A stretch of 64,000 bases of DNA from an uncultured cyanobacterium (GCA_963740315.1 CAVUDP010000002.1:2432001-2496000); one strand, 5' to 3'; shown: positions 41,451-51,909, counted from the stretch's first letter. The notes: generated by a model from the letters alone, not told the origin. Translations and numbers: made by a program.

Positions 41451-42239
41451 TTATCTAGCTTCTTGCATTTGAACAACCGCAGCAGGTTCAATTTCTCTAA
41501 CCTTTGCAGACTCAACTTCTCCGGTAGCAGCAGAGTAAATTAACATTCCTCCCATAATTGCCATAATCGCATTTTCGGTAAAGCTAACAACTCCTAAAGG
41601 TGCTTTGGAATTACCCCCAACACAAGCACAGTTGAGCGCTAGTTTATCAATATATACCGCTTTAAATACAGAAATACCGCCGCTAAGACCAATAAATAAA
41701 GAAGTTATTCCCGTTAATAATGGTGCAATTCCCGAAAGAAAACCCAAACCGATCGCTAACTCTGCGAAAGGATATACTTTGGCATAGGGTTTAATTCTTT
41801 TAGTTATCAAATCATACTTCTCGAAACTCTCAGCAAAAGATTCGATATCCATCAGCTTTAAAGTAGCTAGCAAGGAGAGGGAGAAACCCATAAAGCCGGT
41901 TAACCCCATAGTTGTTGCTAAAGTCATCAATCCTGCGCTGGAAAATATGGCAATAACCGGAGTGTAGGAATATTCTGCACCTTCTGCTTCAACATCTAGC
42001 TTTTGTGCTAAATCGGTATAGCCGCCAATTCTTTCGTCACCAGAGAAAATCTGTGGTGTAGTTTCAACGTGATGTTTGGCTTTGAATTCATCTACTTCTT
42101 CACGAGATGTAAGCTTGTTATCTTCAAAGTCAATTCCTTTTTCATTGAGTAAATTGACTGTTTTTAATCCCCAAGGACATTCATGCTCTGGGGTAGACAT
42201 CCGATATACTCTTACTTTTTCTAAGGTTGTGCTATTCAT
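41451..42239 (-). CDS. Glutaredoxin plus MauE/DoxX redox membrane protein
   Basis: CPWG, TTPQIF..RIGGY, CACVGG..PLG..S..EN. Confidence 0.85.
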   Translation of the reverse strand: MNSTTLEKVRVYRMSTPEHECPWGLKTVNLLNEKGIDFEDNKLTSREEVDEFKAKHHVETTPQIFSGDERIGGYTDLAQKLDVEAEGAEYSYTPVIAIFSSAGLMTLATTMGLTGFMGFSLSLLATLKLMDIESFAESFEKYDLITKRIKPYAKVYPFAELAIGLGFLSGIAPLLTGITSLFIGLSGGISVFKAVYIDKLALNCACVGGNSKAPLGVVSFTENAIMAIMGGMLIYSAATGEVESAKVREIEPAAVVQMQEAR

Positions 42240-42268
42240 ATTCTTAATTCGAGCAACTATACATCAAA

Positions 42269-42299
42269 GGTAAACTCTCAAGTTAACTGTAGAGTCAAG
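42269..42299 (-). promoter_or_regulatory. MerR-type promoter/operator
   Basis: Minus strand TTGACTCTACAGTTAACTTGAGAGTTTACC: -35 TTGACT, ACTCT..AGAGT dyad, long spacer. Confidence 0.7.
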
Positions 42300-42476
42300 T
42301 CGATTTTGGATTTTAACAACGGATGTTTTTGTTTTGGATTTTAGATTACCGTGCTTGTAAACTTCATCCATCAACTATTACCTATTACCGTTAATATTTT
42401 TACGATATTGCTCAACATTGAACTATTCCATCTAACAAAAGACATAATATTATTTCTAACTATTGATGTAACTCGA

Positions 42477-42493
42477 TTTCATCTTGATTTCAT
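42477..42493 (+). promoter_or_regulatory. CopR-type direct repeat TTTCAT-N5-TTTCAT
   Basis: TTTCATCTTGATTTCAT. Confidence 0.7.
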
Positions 42494-42635
42494 ACTTGTA
42501 TGTTATTGGAATTTTGATTTGCAGAATGAAACAAAAATTCACTCCCAATATTTTTTATGCAAGCGGTAGAATAAAATAAAAAAGAATCCAGATTAAAAGC
42601 ATTTTAATATTGTAAAGAAGAGATATCACTTTAGT

Positions 42636-42652
42636 TTTCATCTTGATTTCAT
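42636..42652 (+). promoter_or_regulatory. CopR-type direct repeat TTTCAT-N5-TTTCAT
   Basis: TTTCATCTTGATTTCAT, 60 bp upstream of the response regulator. Confidence 0.75.
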
Positions 42653-42712
42653 AAATTTATGTCAATCTGAATTTATGGTGAAATTCGGTTAAAGTCCAAG
42701 AATTAATTTGTT

Positions 42713-43408
42713 ATGAGAGTGCTATTAGTAGAAGACGAACCGGATTTAGGTGCAGCGATTAAGCGAGTTTTAACTCAACAAAAGTATTTAGTTGATTGGG
42801 TTATGGATGGTAATGAAGCATGGGAATATTTAGAACATCGATGGACGGAATATAACATCGGTATTTTTGACTGGCTGCTTCCAGGTATGTCAGGATTGGA
42901 ACTATGTAAAAAATTGCGTAAAAATCAAAATGCTATGCCCGTTTTAATGTTAACAGCTAAAGATAGTATGGAAGATAAGGTGGCTGGTTTGGATGCTGGT
43001 GCAGATGATTACTTAGTTAAACCTTTTGGGATGGAGGAATTATTAGCAAGGTTACGGGCTTTGCAAAGAAGGGTACCTCAATTTCAACCCCAAAAATTAA
43101 CTATGGGCAATCTAACTTTAGATTACGGTAACAATACTATTATTAATCAAAATGCTTCGGAAGATAAACCTCAAATGTCTTTGACTAACAAAGAATTTCA
43201 GCTACTAGAATATTTTATGAAGCATCCAAACCAAATTCTTACTACCGAACAAATTCGCAATCAGCTTTGGGAAGCAAGTGCAGAATCGAGTAGCAATGTA
43301 GTAGCCGCGCAGGTGCGTTTATTACGACGTAAATTAGCTTCGAGTGGCTGTGGAAATCCAGTCGAAACTTTGCATGGTATGGGCTATCGCTTTAATTTTA
43401 AGAATTAA
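42713..43408 (+). CDS. OmpR family response regulator (RppA/CopR/NrsR clade)
   Basis: MRVLLVEDEPDLG.AI, DWLLP, LTAKD..GLDAGADDYLVKPF, SNVVAAQVRLLRRKL. Confidence 0.93.
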   Translation: MRVLLVEDEPDLGAAIKRVLTQQKYLVDWVMDGNEAWEYLEHRWTEYNIGIFDWLLPGMSGLELCKKLRKNQNAMPVLMLTAKDSMEDKVAGLDAGADDYLVKPFGMEELLARLRALQRRVPQFQPQKLTMGNLTLDYGNNTIINQNASEDKPQMSLTNKEFQLLEYFMKHPNQILTTEQIRNQLWEASAESSSNVVAAQVRLLRRKLASSGCGNPVETLHGMGYRFNFKN

Positions 43409-43416
43409 TTATAAGC

Positions 43417-44799
43417 ATGAATCAAAATAAACTATTCCAACGCACCCGGATTCGTTTGGCGCTTTGGTATGCTATCGTTATGGGTTTAATTTTAACTGTA
43501 TGCGGCTTTGGTTTATACACGGCAGTATCTCATGCCCATTCGGAAGCTTTGGATAGAGAATTAGAATTTGTCGCTACAACTTTACATAATAATTTAGAAC
43601 TAAAGCTTAAACAGCCGGGAAAATTATCACCAATTGTAAAAGAGGTTTTACCAAATCTTTGTGTAGTTGAAACTGGTTGTATATCGCAACAATCAACTTC
43701 TCAACGCCATATTTTAAACGCAATTCATCAAGGTTATTACGTGCGTTTGTTTGGTAATTCGGGAGATTTAATTGCTACTTCTGGTTCGTTACCTCAAACT
43801 GAATCTTTAGATTTAAATAAGAAAGTATGGCAAACAATTGAAGATGATACTGGTAACTTTTACCATCAAATGTCACTGCCATTACACACTATAGATAATC
43901 GCGATTGGGGATATTTACAAGTAGGAAGAAATATTGCCGATGTTAACAGCTATATGGATGCGGTTAAATTAAGTTTGGTAGTTGGATTACCAATTTCAAT
44001 GATCGTGGTTGCTGTTGCTAGCTGGTGGTTGGCAGGGTTGGCAATGCGACCAATTTATCAATCTTACAGGCAAATTCAACAATTTACAGCCGATGCCGCA
44101 CACGAATTAAGAACACCCTTAGCCGCAACTCAAGCAACAATAGATTCTGCTTTATTAATGCCAGATTTAGATATTAAAGAAGCATGGGACATTCTCGGAA
44201 CTATCAAACGTCAAAATCAGCGGCTTACAAGTTTAATTGTAGATTTACTAATGCTTTCTCGCTTCGATAGACAATCTATTTCGGTGCAACGAGAATTGTG
44301 TTCTTTGAATGATATTATTGCCGACTTAGTAGAAGAATTTGCAGCTATGGCAATTTCTGCTAAAGTAATACTAAAATCTGAAATTCGCGTGAATAAAGAT
44401 GTAAATATTGTTGGTAATTCCGAGCAGCTTTATCGTTTATTTTCTAATTTAATTGTGAATGCAATTCAGTATACTTTACCTGGTGGGGAAGTCACAGTTA
44501 TTTTAGAAAGTTATGATTCGGATGTTGAAATTCGAGTACGAGATACGGGTATTGGTATTCCCAAGAATGAATTATCTCATGTCTTTGACCGCTTTTATCG
44601 AGTAAATAGCGATCGCTCTCGTCATACTGGTGGTTCGGGTTTGGGTTTAGCGATCGCAAAAGCTATTGTATTGTCGCATCACGGTAGTTTGGAAGTAGAA
44701 AGTGAAGTCGGAAAAGGTAGCACTTTCATTGTTACATTACCTAAGCTAGAATCATCTCGTAAGCAAATAAGAAAAAATGCTTGCCAAAAAATATTGTAG
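43417..44799 (+). CDS. Sensor histidine kinase (RppB/CopS/NrsS clade)
   Basis: MNQNKLF..TR.RLA.WY, FTADAAHELRTPL, N/G1/F/G2 boxes. Confidence 0.93.
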   Translation: MNQNKLFQRTRIRLALWYAIVMGLILTVCGFGLYTAVSHAHSEALDRELEFVATTLHNNLELKLKQPGKLSPIVKEVLPNLCVVETGCISQQSTSQRHILNAIHQGYYVRLFGNSGDLIATSGSLPQTESLDLNKKVWQTIEDDTGNFYHQMSLPLHTIDNRDWGYLQVGRNIADVNSYMDAVKLSLVVGLPISMIVVAVASWWLAGLAMRPIYQSYRQIQQFTADAAHELRTPLAATQATIDSALLMPDLDIKEAWDILGTIKRQNQRLTSLIVDLLMLSRFDRQSISVQRELCSLNDIIADLVEEFAAMAISAKVILKSEIRVNKDVNIVGNSEQLYRLFSNLIVNAIQYTLPGGEVTVILESYDSDVEIRVRDTGIGIPKNELSHVFDRFYRVNSDRSRHTGGSGLGLAIAKAIVLSHHGSLEVESEVGKGSTFIVTLPKLESSRKQIRKNACQKIL

Positions 44800-44903
44800 A
44801 AGTAACCAATCGCAGTTCAAGTCCCCCTTAAAAAGGGGGATTTAGGGGGATCTCACGAGATATGTGTACCCCGTAGCATAGGGAATGGGGGTTAGATTGA
44901 CAA

Positions 44904-45686
44904 TTACAAAGACTTTTGAATCCCACCCGTCACCCTAAAATCTGGAGAATCATTACTTAACCCAATTCCAGCACCAATAGACCAAACTGTAAGCGGTGTA
45001 GCTTGTTGACGAATACCTAATTCCAAAATATAGGCATCAACATTATCAACTTTATCTTGTTCGTAAACAAAGTCCGTCACTAATATAGTCTCCGAACCCA
45101 AACGACGACTATAACCAGCAACTGCTTTAACAACATTTCTTCTTTCATCATCTTTCTTTGCATCGTTAAAGGTATAGCCAACATTCAGATGCAGTCTATC
45201 TAAATTAGCTCCGGCACCCAAAGTTTTAGTCATAATTAACTTTACTTTAGGATCGACACCAGCACTATCTTCACAATAAGGAGCATCCGCACCAACAGAG
45301 ACTGCAAAAGCAGGAGTTTTCAAAGTTTCGGCATTGAAGTTGTACAAAAATTCTACTCCCACATCACCGATACCGTCATCTTCTGCGGAACCAAATTGAA
45401 AAGGAACCGAAATTGTAGCTTGAGTATTCGGAGCAATACCATATTCTAAACGCGGTTCGACGACAAAACTATCTTTGCCATTAATGCGATCGTACTTGGT
45501 GACTCCTTGTAATTCTATCCCTTTGTAAGGTATGGGATAAGCATCTTCAACTTCTGTTGGTAGCCCTTCTTCCAAGTTTAAATGGTCGGCAGCTTGAGCA
45601 GTTTTAGGTAAAGAAATAATCGCAGTTAATCCTAACAATAATCCAGCTAAGAGTTTACCTGTAGATTTCAATTTCTGTGTCTTCAT
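44904..45686 (-). CDS. Putative outer-membrane beta-barrel protein
   Basis: Signal peptide, alternating beta-strand pattern, G.GD, LHLNVGY, C-terminal FRVTGGIQKSL. Confidence 0.65.
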   Translation of the reverse strand: MKTQKLKSTGKLLAGLLLGLTAIISLPKTAQAADHLNLEEGLPTEVEDAYPIPYKGIELQGVTKYDRINGKDSFVVEPRLEYGIAPNTQATISVPFQFGSAEDDGIGDVGVEFLYNFNAETLKTPAFAVSVGADAPYCEDSAGVDPKVKLIMTKTLGAGANLDRLHLNVGYTFNDAKKDDERRNVVKAVAGYSRRLGSETILVTDFVYEQDKVDNVDAYILELGIRQQATPLTVWSIGAGIGLSNDSPDFRVTGGIQKSL

Positions 45687-45811
45687 GAATGTGGATTTTA
45701 GATTTTGGATTTTAGATTGCGTTCATAGAACAATCATTTTTTAATTGATTTTCGTAGTGGGAGCATCTTGCTCCCTAATAGCCAAACTAACTTCCTAGAA
45801 ATCAACCTTCA

Positions 45812-47263
45812 TTACTTTTGGGTTTGTGCCAAAATATCTTGTGCCGAAGGTTCGGAATCCATAGATATAGATTCGATATCGGGTAAATTACCGTATTTTT
45901 CCTGCCAACCTTTGAGCATCGCTTCTACCATCATCGGATTAATTTTTCCTGGCTGCATTGCTTCCGGTGACATCTTCATGTTTGGCATCAAAACTTTGAT
46001 TGCATCCATCCAGGAGCCGGGAATTTCCCCTGATTGAATGCCGGGAGTCAGCTTCATTTTTAATTGCGCCATCATCTTTTGATGCATTTCTTGGCTCATT
46101 CCACCATTCATTTCACCTTGCATTTGGGATGACATGGGAGAATTCATATCATGATTCATATTGTCTTGCATCCCCGAATTCATCCCACCTTTCATCGAGG
46201 CGTGCATCATCGGCATCATCTCTTGCATCATTTCCATCATCATCCGCGTCATTGAGCCATCAGCACTTTTTGACCACTCGTCATAAGCTAGAGGATTAAA
46301 ATTGGGTTTGGGTGTGGTGAATTTGCGGGCTAATTTCTCATCTCCCTGTTGATAGCCCAAAGCTTTGAGAACGCGATAAAGTTCGGCTCGCTTTTGCTCA
46401 ATTGTCCAACCATCGTATGCAAAGATATCGTAGGTGATACCGTGGAGCATATGCAGATTATCGAAAACATTGGCAGTTTCCGGAGACAAACGGCTATAGC
46501 GCGGCGCACCTTCACGAGTTAGCAGCATTCTCATTGGTGGATTAGGAATCACCTCCCGCTGAAATACGTCTTCCATTTGGTTGAGCATTTTGTCTTGCTC
46601 TGAGTCATTTCCACCAATCATCATTGACTCATAAACCGCCGGATGCCACCAGTGAGCCGCATAAAAGAAGTTATTGTTTTTAGGATAATAGTTGCGGGTG
46701 AGAGTAAAATATGGTTTCATCATCACCCCAGCACGGCGCATGGTGACATCTAGCGGTGCGGGAGAAAGAGCAACGTCTTTGTATGTGGATTTATAATACT
46801 CATAAATCTTTTCTAATTCCTTTTCTTTCTGACTCCAGGGAATATCCTTGTCTGCCAAAATATCCTCTGTCATCTCGTGTAATAAATGAACCGAATCAAT
46901 AGTGCGGAATAGTTGCCAAGTCGCCCTTGCTGTATAAGGCGCGTATAACTCCATCGTTGGTTCGATGCGGGGTGGTTTGTTGTAGTGCGATAAAACTTGT
47001 TTGTATAACTTGTCATCTTCTAAAGCATGACGTTCAAAGGGAGTCAAAAGCAATACATCATGCAGCTTGCTGTGAGCAAAGTGCAATGCACCTGCAACTC
47101 GGTAGCTACGGCGGTGACGATTATAGAAAGACAGTCGGTAAGGAGTACGCGGATGTGCTACAGAATTTCGCTGTTCTGCTTGTACAATAAATGGCGTAGC
47201 GGAAATTATAGCCGTTGCGGTTGCTAGTGCGATCGTTAATTTTTTAATTAATTTATTTCTCAT
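45812..47263 (-). CDS. Exported His/Met-rich hypothetical protein, probable metal (Cu) binder
   Basis: Signal peptide; HFAH..LH, HLLHE, HWWH, HMLHG; long Met-rich segment. Confidence 0.8.
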   Translation of the reverse strand: MRNKLIKKLTIALATATAIISATPFIVQAEQRNSVAHPRTPYRLSFYNRHRRSYRVAGALHFAHSKLHDVLLLTPFERHALEDDKLYKQVLSHYNKPPRIEPTMELYAPYTARATWQLFRTIDSVHLLHEMTEDILADKDIPWSQKEKELEKIYEYYKSTYKDVALSPAPLDVTMRRAGVMMKPYFTLTRNYYPKNNNFFYAAHWWHPAVYESMMIGGNDSEQDKMLNQMEDVFQREVIPNPPMRMLLTREGAPRYSRLSPETANVFDNLHMLHGITYDIFAYDGWTIEQKRAELYRVLKALGYQQGDEKLARKFTTPKPNFNPLAYDEWSKSADGSMTRMMMEMMQEMMPMMHASMKGGMNSGMQDNMNHDMNSPMSSQMQGEMNGGMSQEMHQKMMAQLKMKLTPGIQSGEIPGSWMDAIKVLMPNMKMSPEAMQPGKINPMMVEAMLKGWQEKYGNLPDIESISMDSEPSAQDILAQTQK

Positions 47264-47332
47264 ATTTAACTAGTTTCTATACAAACAGGCGTTGAGTCTT
47301 ATTACTGCTAATTACTAGTGTGGCAACTACTT

Positions 47333-47406
47333 ATGAAATTGGTATGAAATTATCGATTCGTCATATTCTTTTGTCTTACAGATAGACTATTTCATCTTAA
47401 TTTCAT
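47333..47406. promoter_or_regulatory. Two divergently oriented CopR-type boxes
   Basis: ATGAAATTGGTATGAAA (47333-47349, minus) and TTTCATCTTAATTTCAT (47390-47406, plus). Confidence 0.75.
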
Positions 47407-47465
47407 AAGTATCCATCATACTCAGTACTATAAGCCTGAAGAATGCACGTACTTTTATCAAAAAT

Positions 47466-47858
47466 ATGAAATTGCAATCTCGTCAAATTATCTTCGGCTC
47501 GATACTATTAGGAATAGCATCAATACAAATTTCGCCTTTAAAAGCACATCAGAAAAAGTTTCACGTACCGAAAAAAGCTAGCGAACCAAAAATAGAAACA
47601 GAAGTAATCCCGGAAACAAAAATCAATTCAGAATCATCAAATTCATCTCCTACATCTGAGATGAAAAAGCCGGAAATATCAGCAACTTCTTCTCCTACGC
47701 CAGAAGAAAAAAATATTGGGCAAAAAACGCTTAATTCTGTGAATGCATCTGAAGTAAATAATATAAAACTTGTTCCAAAACCAGGAGAAATAATTTTTTC
47801 ACTACTGATAGCGGGAACTCTCTTACTCTATTATATTAAGCGAAAAATATATAAATGA
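47466..47858 (+). CDS. Small exported protein with C-terminal anchor
   Basis: Signal peptide, AH..FH, S/P/E linker, VPKP, TM, KRK. Confidence 0.65.
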   Translation: MKLQSRQIIFGSILLGIASIQISPLKAHQKKFHVPKKASEPKIETEVIPETKINSESSNSSPTSEMKKPEISATSSPTPEEKNIGQKTLNSVNASEVNNIKLVPKPGEIIFSLLIAGTLLLYYIKRKIYK

Positions 47859-47955
47859 AATATTTAGATATAGATTTTTGTTTATAGTTGTCTCTTACAA
47901 TCTGACTCGATTATTTTTATATCCATATATATTTATTAAAGTAAAGCTGCTAACT

Positions 47956-48252
47956 ATGGCATTAAATAAGGCTCGCATCCGTCAACTGCATTCCTGGTTT
48001 GCCCCAATTATGTTGTTGCCCGTAATAATAACTTTGATTACGGGTTCTTTGTTTCAAATAGCAGTAATTACTGGGAAAAGTAAGGAATTTATCTGGCTTC
48101 TAGAATGGCACAGAGGTAAATTTGGTCGTATCAATCTAGAAATGATTTATCCATTCTTAAATGCTTTTGGTTTACTCATGCTTGCCGTTACAGGAATTAC
48201 GATGTGGCTTCAAACACGCCCGCGTAAAAATAAATCAAAGATATCTAAATAA
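47956..48252 (+). CDS. PepSY-associated TM domain protein
   Basis: RIRQLH..APIM..P..ITL.TG, WLLEWHRGKFG; ATG 47956. Confidence 0.8.
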   Translation: MALNKARIRQLHSWFAPIMLLPVIITLITGSLFQIAVITGKSKEFIWLLEWHRGKFGRINLEMIYPFLNAFGLLMLAVTGITMWLQTRPRKNKSKISK

Positions 48253-48529
48253 GAAAGTTAGTTGATTTTATCTCGAAGGTGTGACTGGAACTTCCTTAAT
48301 TATATAAAACGTTAAAAGCCCTGTAAAAGTAGTTACTTAGCTGGTCGATCATTTGTAAATCTGTAAATTGATTAAAATTTTGAGTTTCGAGGTCTTCGAG
48401 TTCTCTAATATTGAAAAGTCCTTTAGTGAAAATTTGTCCAGATTTTAATTGAATCGTTTCCTCTACCTTTGCTTAAAATAGCTTGTTCGCTCGTGCGATT
48501 ATAGTTAGTCTTCTTTCTCATTACGATAA

Positions 48530-49426
48530 TTAATTTTGACTCCGTTTTCGATTTAACCATCCCGTTACCAAAGCCAAGCCAAACATACCTAATAAAGCCA
48601 AGACAAGCATCCATTTTCCTTGAGAAAATACACCTGCACCCAAAGCAACAATAGGAGGTGTGGAAACCACTATTCCTAAAATCAAAGCTGGGATAAATTT
48701 ATGCCAAGGCATTTGTGTAAGTCCGACAGCATAGGAGACAAAATCAAATAACCCAGTCATCAAAAACCCAGCTACTAAAAATATATTATCTTCTAAATGC
48801 TTCGAGGCAAGATTATTGACTCTACCTATAAATCGTTCACCAACAAACCTTTGGACAATCTTACGACCATAACGTTTAGCAATGTAAAAATTAAGACAAC
48901 AGGCAGCAAAATCGGCGATAAAAATCACAATAATTCCTTTCCAAAAGCCAAACAAAGTACCTGCTAAAACTGAATAAGCAGTACTGGGAATTGCCGGAAT
49001 CACAACGCTTACCGTTCGTAGCAATAATAAAGCAATAGGTGCCCAAATTCCTAATTTATCCACATTGGCACGAATTTGCTCAATTCCGACTTGATTGACA
49101 AAAGTTATGGCTGTAACAAGAGCAATTCCCACGCAAAATAATCCCAAAATATTAACCCATTTTTTGCCTCGGGGTGAGGATTTTGGTTTGTTTTGAGTGG
49201 TTTCGGTTTCAGTTTCGGTATCGGGTGGATAATAAAGTTCGTTTTTGAGAATCCAACCAGTTTCTTGTTGCAGATAAGCATGGGTACTTATGCCAAGCTT
49301 TTTAGCTGAAGCTGCAACGGCTTTATAATCAAGCCCTAACAAGTCACAAAGTTCTGAGGCTCGGATTCCATTTCCTTCCTGCATGGGATTGAAGATAGAG
49401 TTTGCATTAACATTAACTACTATCAT
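48530..49426 (-). CDS. TVP38/TMEM64 membrane protein with N-terminal extension
   Basis: LGIWAP, PAIPST.YS, TGLFDFVSYAVGL. Confidence 0.88.
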   Translation of the reverse strand: MIVVNVNANSIFNPMQEGNGIRASELCDLLGLDYKAVAASAKKLGISTHAYLQQETGWILKNELYYPPDTETETETTQNKPKSSPRGKKWVNILGLFCVGIALVTAITFVNQVGIEQIRANVDKLGIWAPIALLLLRTVSVVIPAIPSTAYSVLAGTLFGFWKGIIVIFIADFAACCLNFYIAKRYGRKIVQRFVGERFIGRVNNLASKHLEDNIFLVAGFLMTGLFDFVSYAVGLTQMPWHKFIPALILGIVVSTPPIVALGAGVFSQGKWMLVLALLGMFGLALVTGWLNRKRSQN

Positions 49427-49519
49427 AGTTAATAATTGTTGCCCACAGACTAATCACATAGATAGACGAAATGCTCAAATCGGACAAGCTGAGGAACGTT
49501 TGCACAGAAAACAATTAAG

Positions 49520-50407
49520 TTAACTAACTAGAGTGCTGAGAATTTCTTGCCAATGGTTAAATATCAGCAAATGACCTTCATCGGGATAAAAACGAGCTTC
49601 ACAGTTAGGGATAGTGTTTGCAAGATAGCGTCCTGCATTTGGAGGAACATTTTCATCTTTCTCGCCATGCCAAAGGTATACTTTTGATGAAATATTCTTT
49701 AGTTGAAAGCCCCAAGATTGACCAAGAATTTTCATATCTAGCGTAAACCCACGAGCTCCTTGACGAAAGTCTTGGGGTAAATCTTCTAGAAACATTTCTC
49801 GCACAGCAGGTTGAAATAAAACCTCTTTGTCAGGTATAGGAAAATAATTTATCATCCCATAATCAAATAACTTTTGCGGGTTTTTGCGTGCTGTGCGTAC
49901 AACAATTAGACTTGAAAAAGGATTTAGAAGAAAGGGAGCATATTGCGCTACTCCAAATAGAATTCTGTTTGTCAAGTTCATCCCTTTAGTAATTTGGGAA
50001 TCGAGAGGAGATATACTGCTGATAACGCCAGCTTGTGTTATCCGTTCGGGGATTTCGGATGTACAAGCAAGAGCATATGCTCCACCTCCAGAAACACCTG
50101 TAACTGCAAATTGTTCTATCTTTAAAGCATCAGCAAGTTGAACAACGTCTTGAGTCCAATTCACTAGCGTGTTATCCGGCACAAAGTCTGACAAACCATA
50201 TCCCGGACGGTCAATGGTAATGATGCGAACTCCTAACAAAGTCGCAATAGATTCGTCAGGATGGCGAGTCAATCTTGACCCTGGTGTACCGTGAAAAAAG
50301 AACACGGGTTTTCCATTACACTCGCCGTATTCGGCATATCCCATCTGGCGACCATCTTTCAATTTGAGTGTTTGATTTGATTTATTTGATTTAGAAATAT
50401 AATTCAT
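49520..50407 (-). CDS. Alpha/beta fold hydrolase
   Basis: HGTPGSR, DRPGYG.S, GVSGGG, WHG..D, EGH. Confidence 0.92.
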   Translation of the reverse strand: MNYISKSNKSNQTLKLKDGRQMGYAEYGECNGKPVFFFHGTPGSRLTRHPDESIATLLGVRIITIDRPGYGLSDFVPDNTLVNWTQDVVQLADALKIEQFAVTGVSGGGAYALACTSEIPERITQAGVISSISPLDSQITKGMNLTNRILFGVAQYAPFLLNPFSSLIVVRTARKNPQKLFDYGMINYFPIPDKEVLFQPAVREMFLEDLPQDFRQGARGFTLDMKILGQSWGFQLKNISSKVYLWHGEKDENVPPNAGRYLANTIPNCEARFYPDEGHLLIFNHWQEILSTLVS

Positions 50408-50418
50408 GGGTATTTATT

Positions 50419-50748
50419 TCAAGGACAGTAATCCTGACAATTCTTTGCTTCTTTCGTCATCACTTTTTCTGACTGTACCGCACACTTAAGATAGGAATTA
50501 TAGTTAAAGTAGCGGCATTTTGAACAAGGATTACTATTAATGCGGATGTTAGAAAAAGTGATGACGATGCCTTGCGAATATCGCACCATTTGATTAAAGC
50601 TACGATTAAAGCTAGAAAGAATAAAAAACCCATACCAGCGATCGCATCGCTATAACTGGGGTTTTTATGATTTTGCGGTGGATCAACTAAAGAATGTGGT
50701 GAAACAGTCTCGCTTAATCTCAGTTGATTAAAATTATCATAGGCATTC
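50419..50748 (-). pseudogene. Frameshifted small TM plus Cys-cluster protein
   Basis: After the TM, another frame reads PCSKCRYFNYNSYLKCAVQ..NCQDYCP*; frameshift near 50580. Confidence 0.65.
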
Positions 50749-50793
50749 ATCCTAGTTCCCCTTAACAAAAATAATTAATTAAATCCTTGAAAA

Positions 50794-50955
50794 TTACGCT
50801 GGTTTTTCTACTGGTAAATTTTCACTCTTCCAAACAATCCACTAACCAGGTATATTAATAACGTTCCCAAAACCGTGTTTTTGTAAAATACTCGCAGCGA
50901 TTGCAGCCCGATAACCGCTACCACAGTAAGTAGCAACTGTCTGATTTTTATCCAA
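50794..50955 (-). pseudogene. Rhodanese-domain C-terminal remnant
   Basis: VATYCGSGYRAAIAASILQKHGFGNVINIPG*W..W..LPVEKPA; in-frame stop, no start. Confidence 0.75.
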
Positions 50956-50989
50956 AACCACTAAATACTACGTACTATCACTACTCAAT

Positions 50990-51443
50990 CTATTTCATAA
51001 GTGATTTCATGATTCTTATTTCCTCTTTCTGCGTCTGGACAATCTCCGTGCATAGCTTCTGAATACGTGTGTCTGTCAGGGATGCTTGCTGGCATACCAA
51101 AATAGCAGCAGCGTGATGTGGAATCATTGAGCGCAAAAACTGTTGATTTCCTACTCCTGCTTGGGTTCGTACAAGAGTCCAGAACAATAATATCGATGCT
51201 GTTCCACCGATAAGAAGTGCAATGTTTAATTTCTTATTCTTGTACATGGAACCCATTGCTAGCAGCAGCCAGGAGCAGCATCGTCGATACCATCAGTCCT
51301 GACATATACACTTGGTTGAGGCTGATAAAGAAATTACCAAACTCGTTAACCCGCGAAAGCATCAGAACTAACATTACAACATAAGAAATTATCAGTGCAG
51401 TTAGTAAGCTGATATAAGAATTGTTTTTAGACTTGGATTCCAT
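50990..51443 (-). pseudogene. DUF305 membrane protein split by a frameshift
   Basis: N half (..SLNQVYMSGLM..) and C half (MY.NKKLN..FLRSMIPHH..IVQTQKEEI..M) in different frames near 51260. Confidence 0.8.
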
Positions 51444-51570
51444 TTTAGATTTCTCCTTGTTAGTTTAAATCAGTTATCAGTTAGGAGTGAGGAGCAAACA
51501 TCTACTATGTATTTCTTTGTTTACTGGTAACTGGTAACTGAAAAGCCTTACGGTTAAAAGTAAATTGAAT

Positions 51571-51909
51571 CTATGCAGCTGCTACAGCGGTAATTTTTTT
51601 GTATTCTTCTACACTGTCCCGACAAGCTTTTGCACACTTTTTACAGTGTTCTGCATCATGCTTTTCACATTCAGTGGCACAGGCTTCACAAATTTCTGCA
51701 CAAGCACGCGCTAAGTGAGGAATGTAACACGAACCACGTACCATATATGTTGCCGCAGTGCGACAGATTTCTGCACAATCTAGACAGCTACGAGCGCATT
51801 GCACCATCTCTGACATACCCATGCAGGCTTCGGCACAGTGTTCGCATTCCACTACACAACGCATTGCAACATCAAAGCTAGACTGATATTCTTCGTGAAC
51901 TAAAAGCAT
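51571..51909 (-). CDS. Four-helix-bundle copper storage protein (Csp3/DUF326-like)
   Basis: Repeated CxxxCxxC, CEKH..HCKKCA.AC. Confidence 0.9.
   Translation of the reverse strand: MLLVHEEYQSSFDVAMRCVVECEHCAEACMGMSEMVQCARSCLDCAEICRTAATYMVRGSCYIPHLARACAEICEACATECEKHDAEHCKKCAKACRDSVEEYKKITAVAAA

Noticed and set aside
42351..42569. 72-aa ORF upstream of the response regulator
   Set aside because: GTG start, no motifs, overlaps an operator box; likely spurious.
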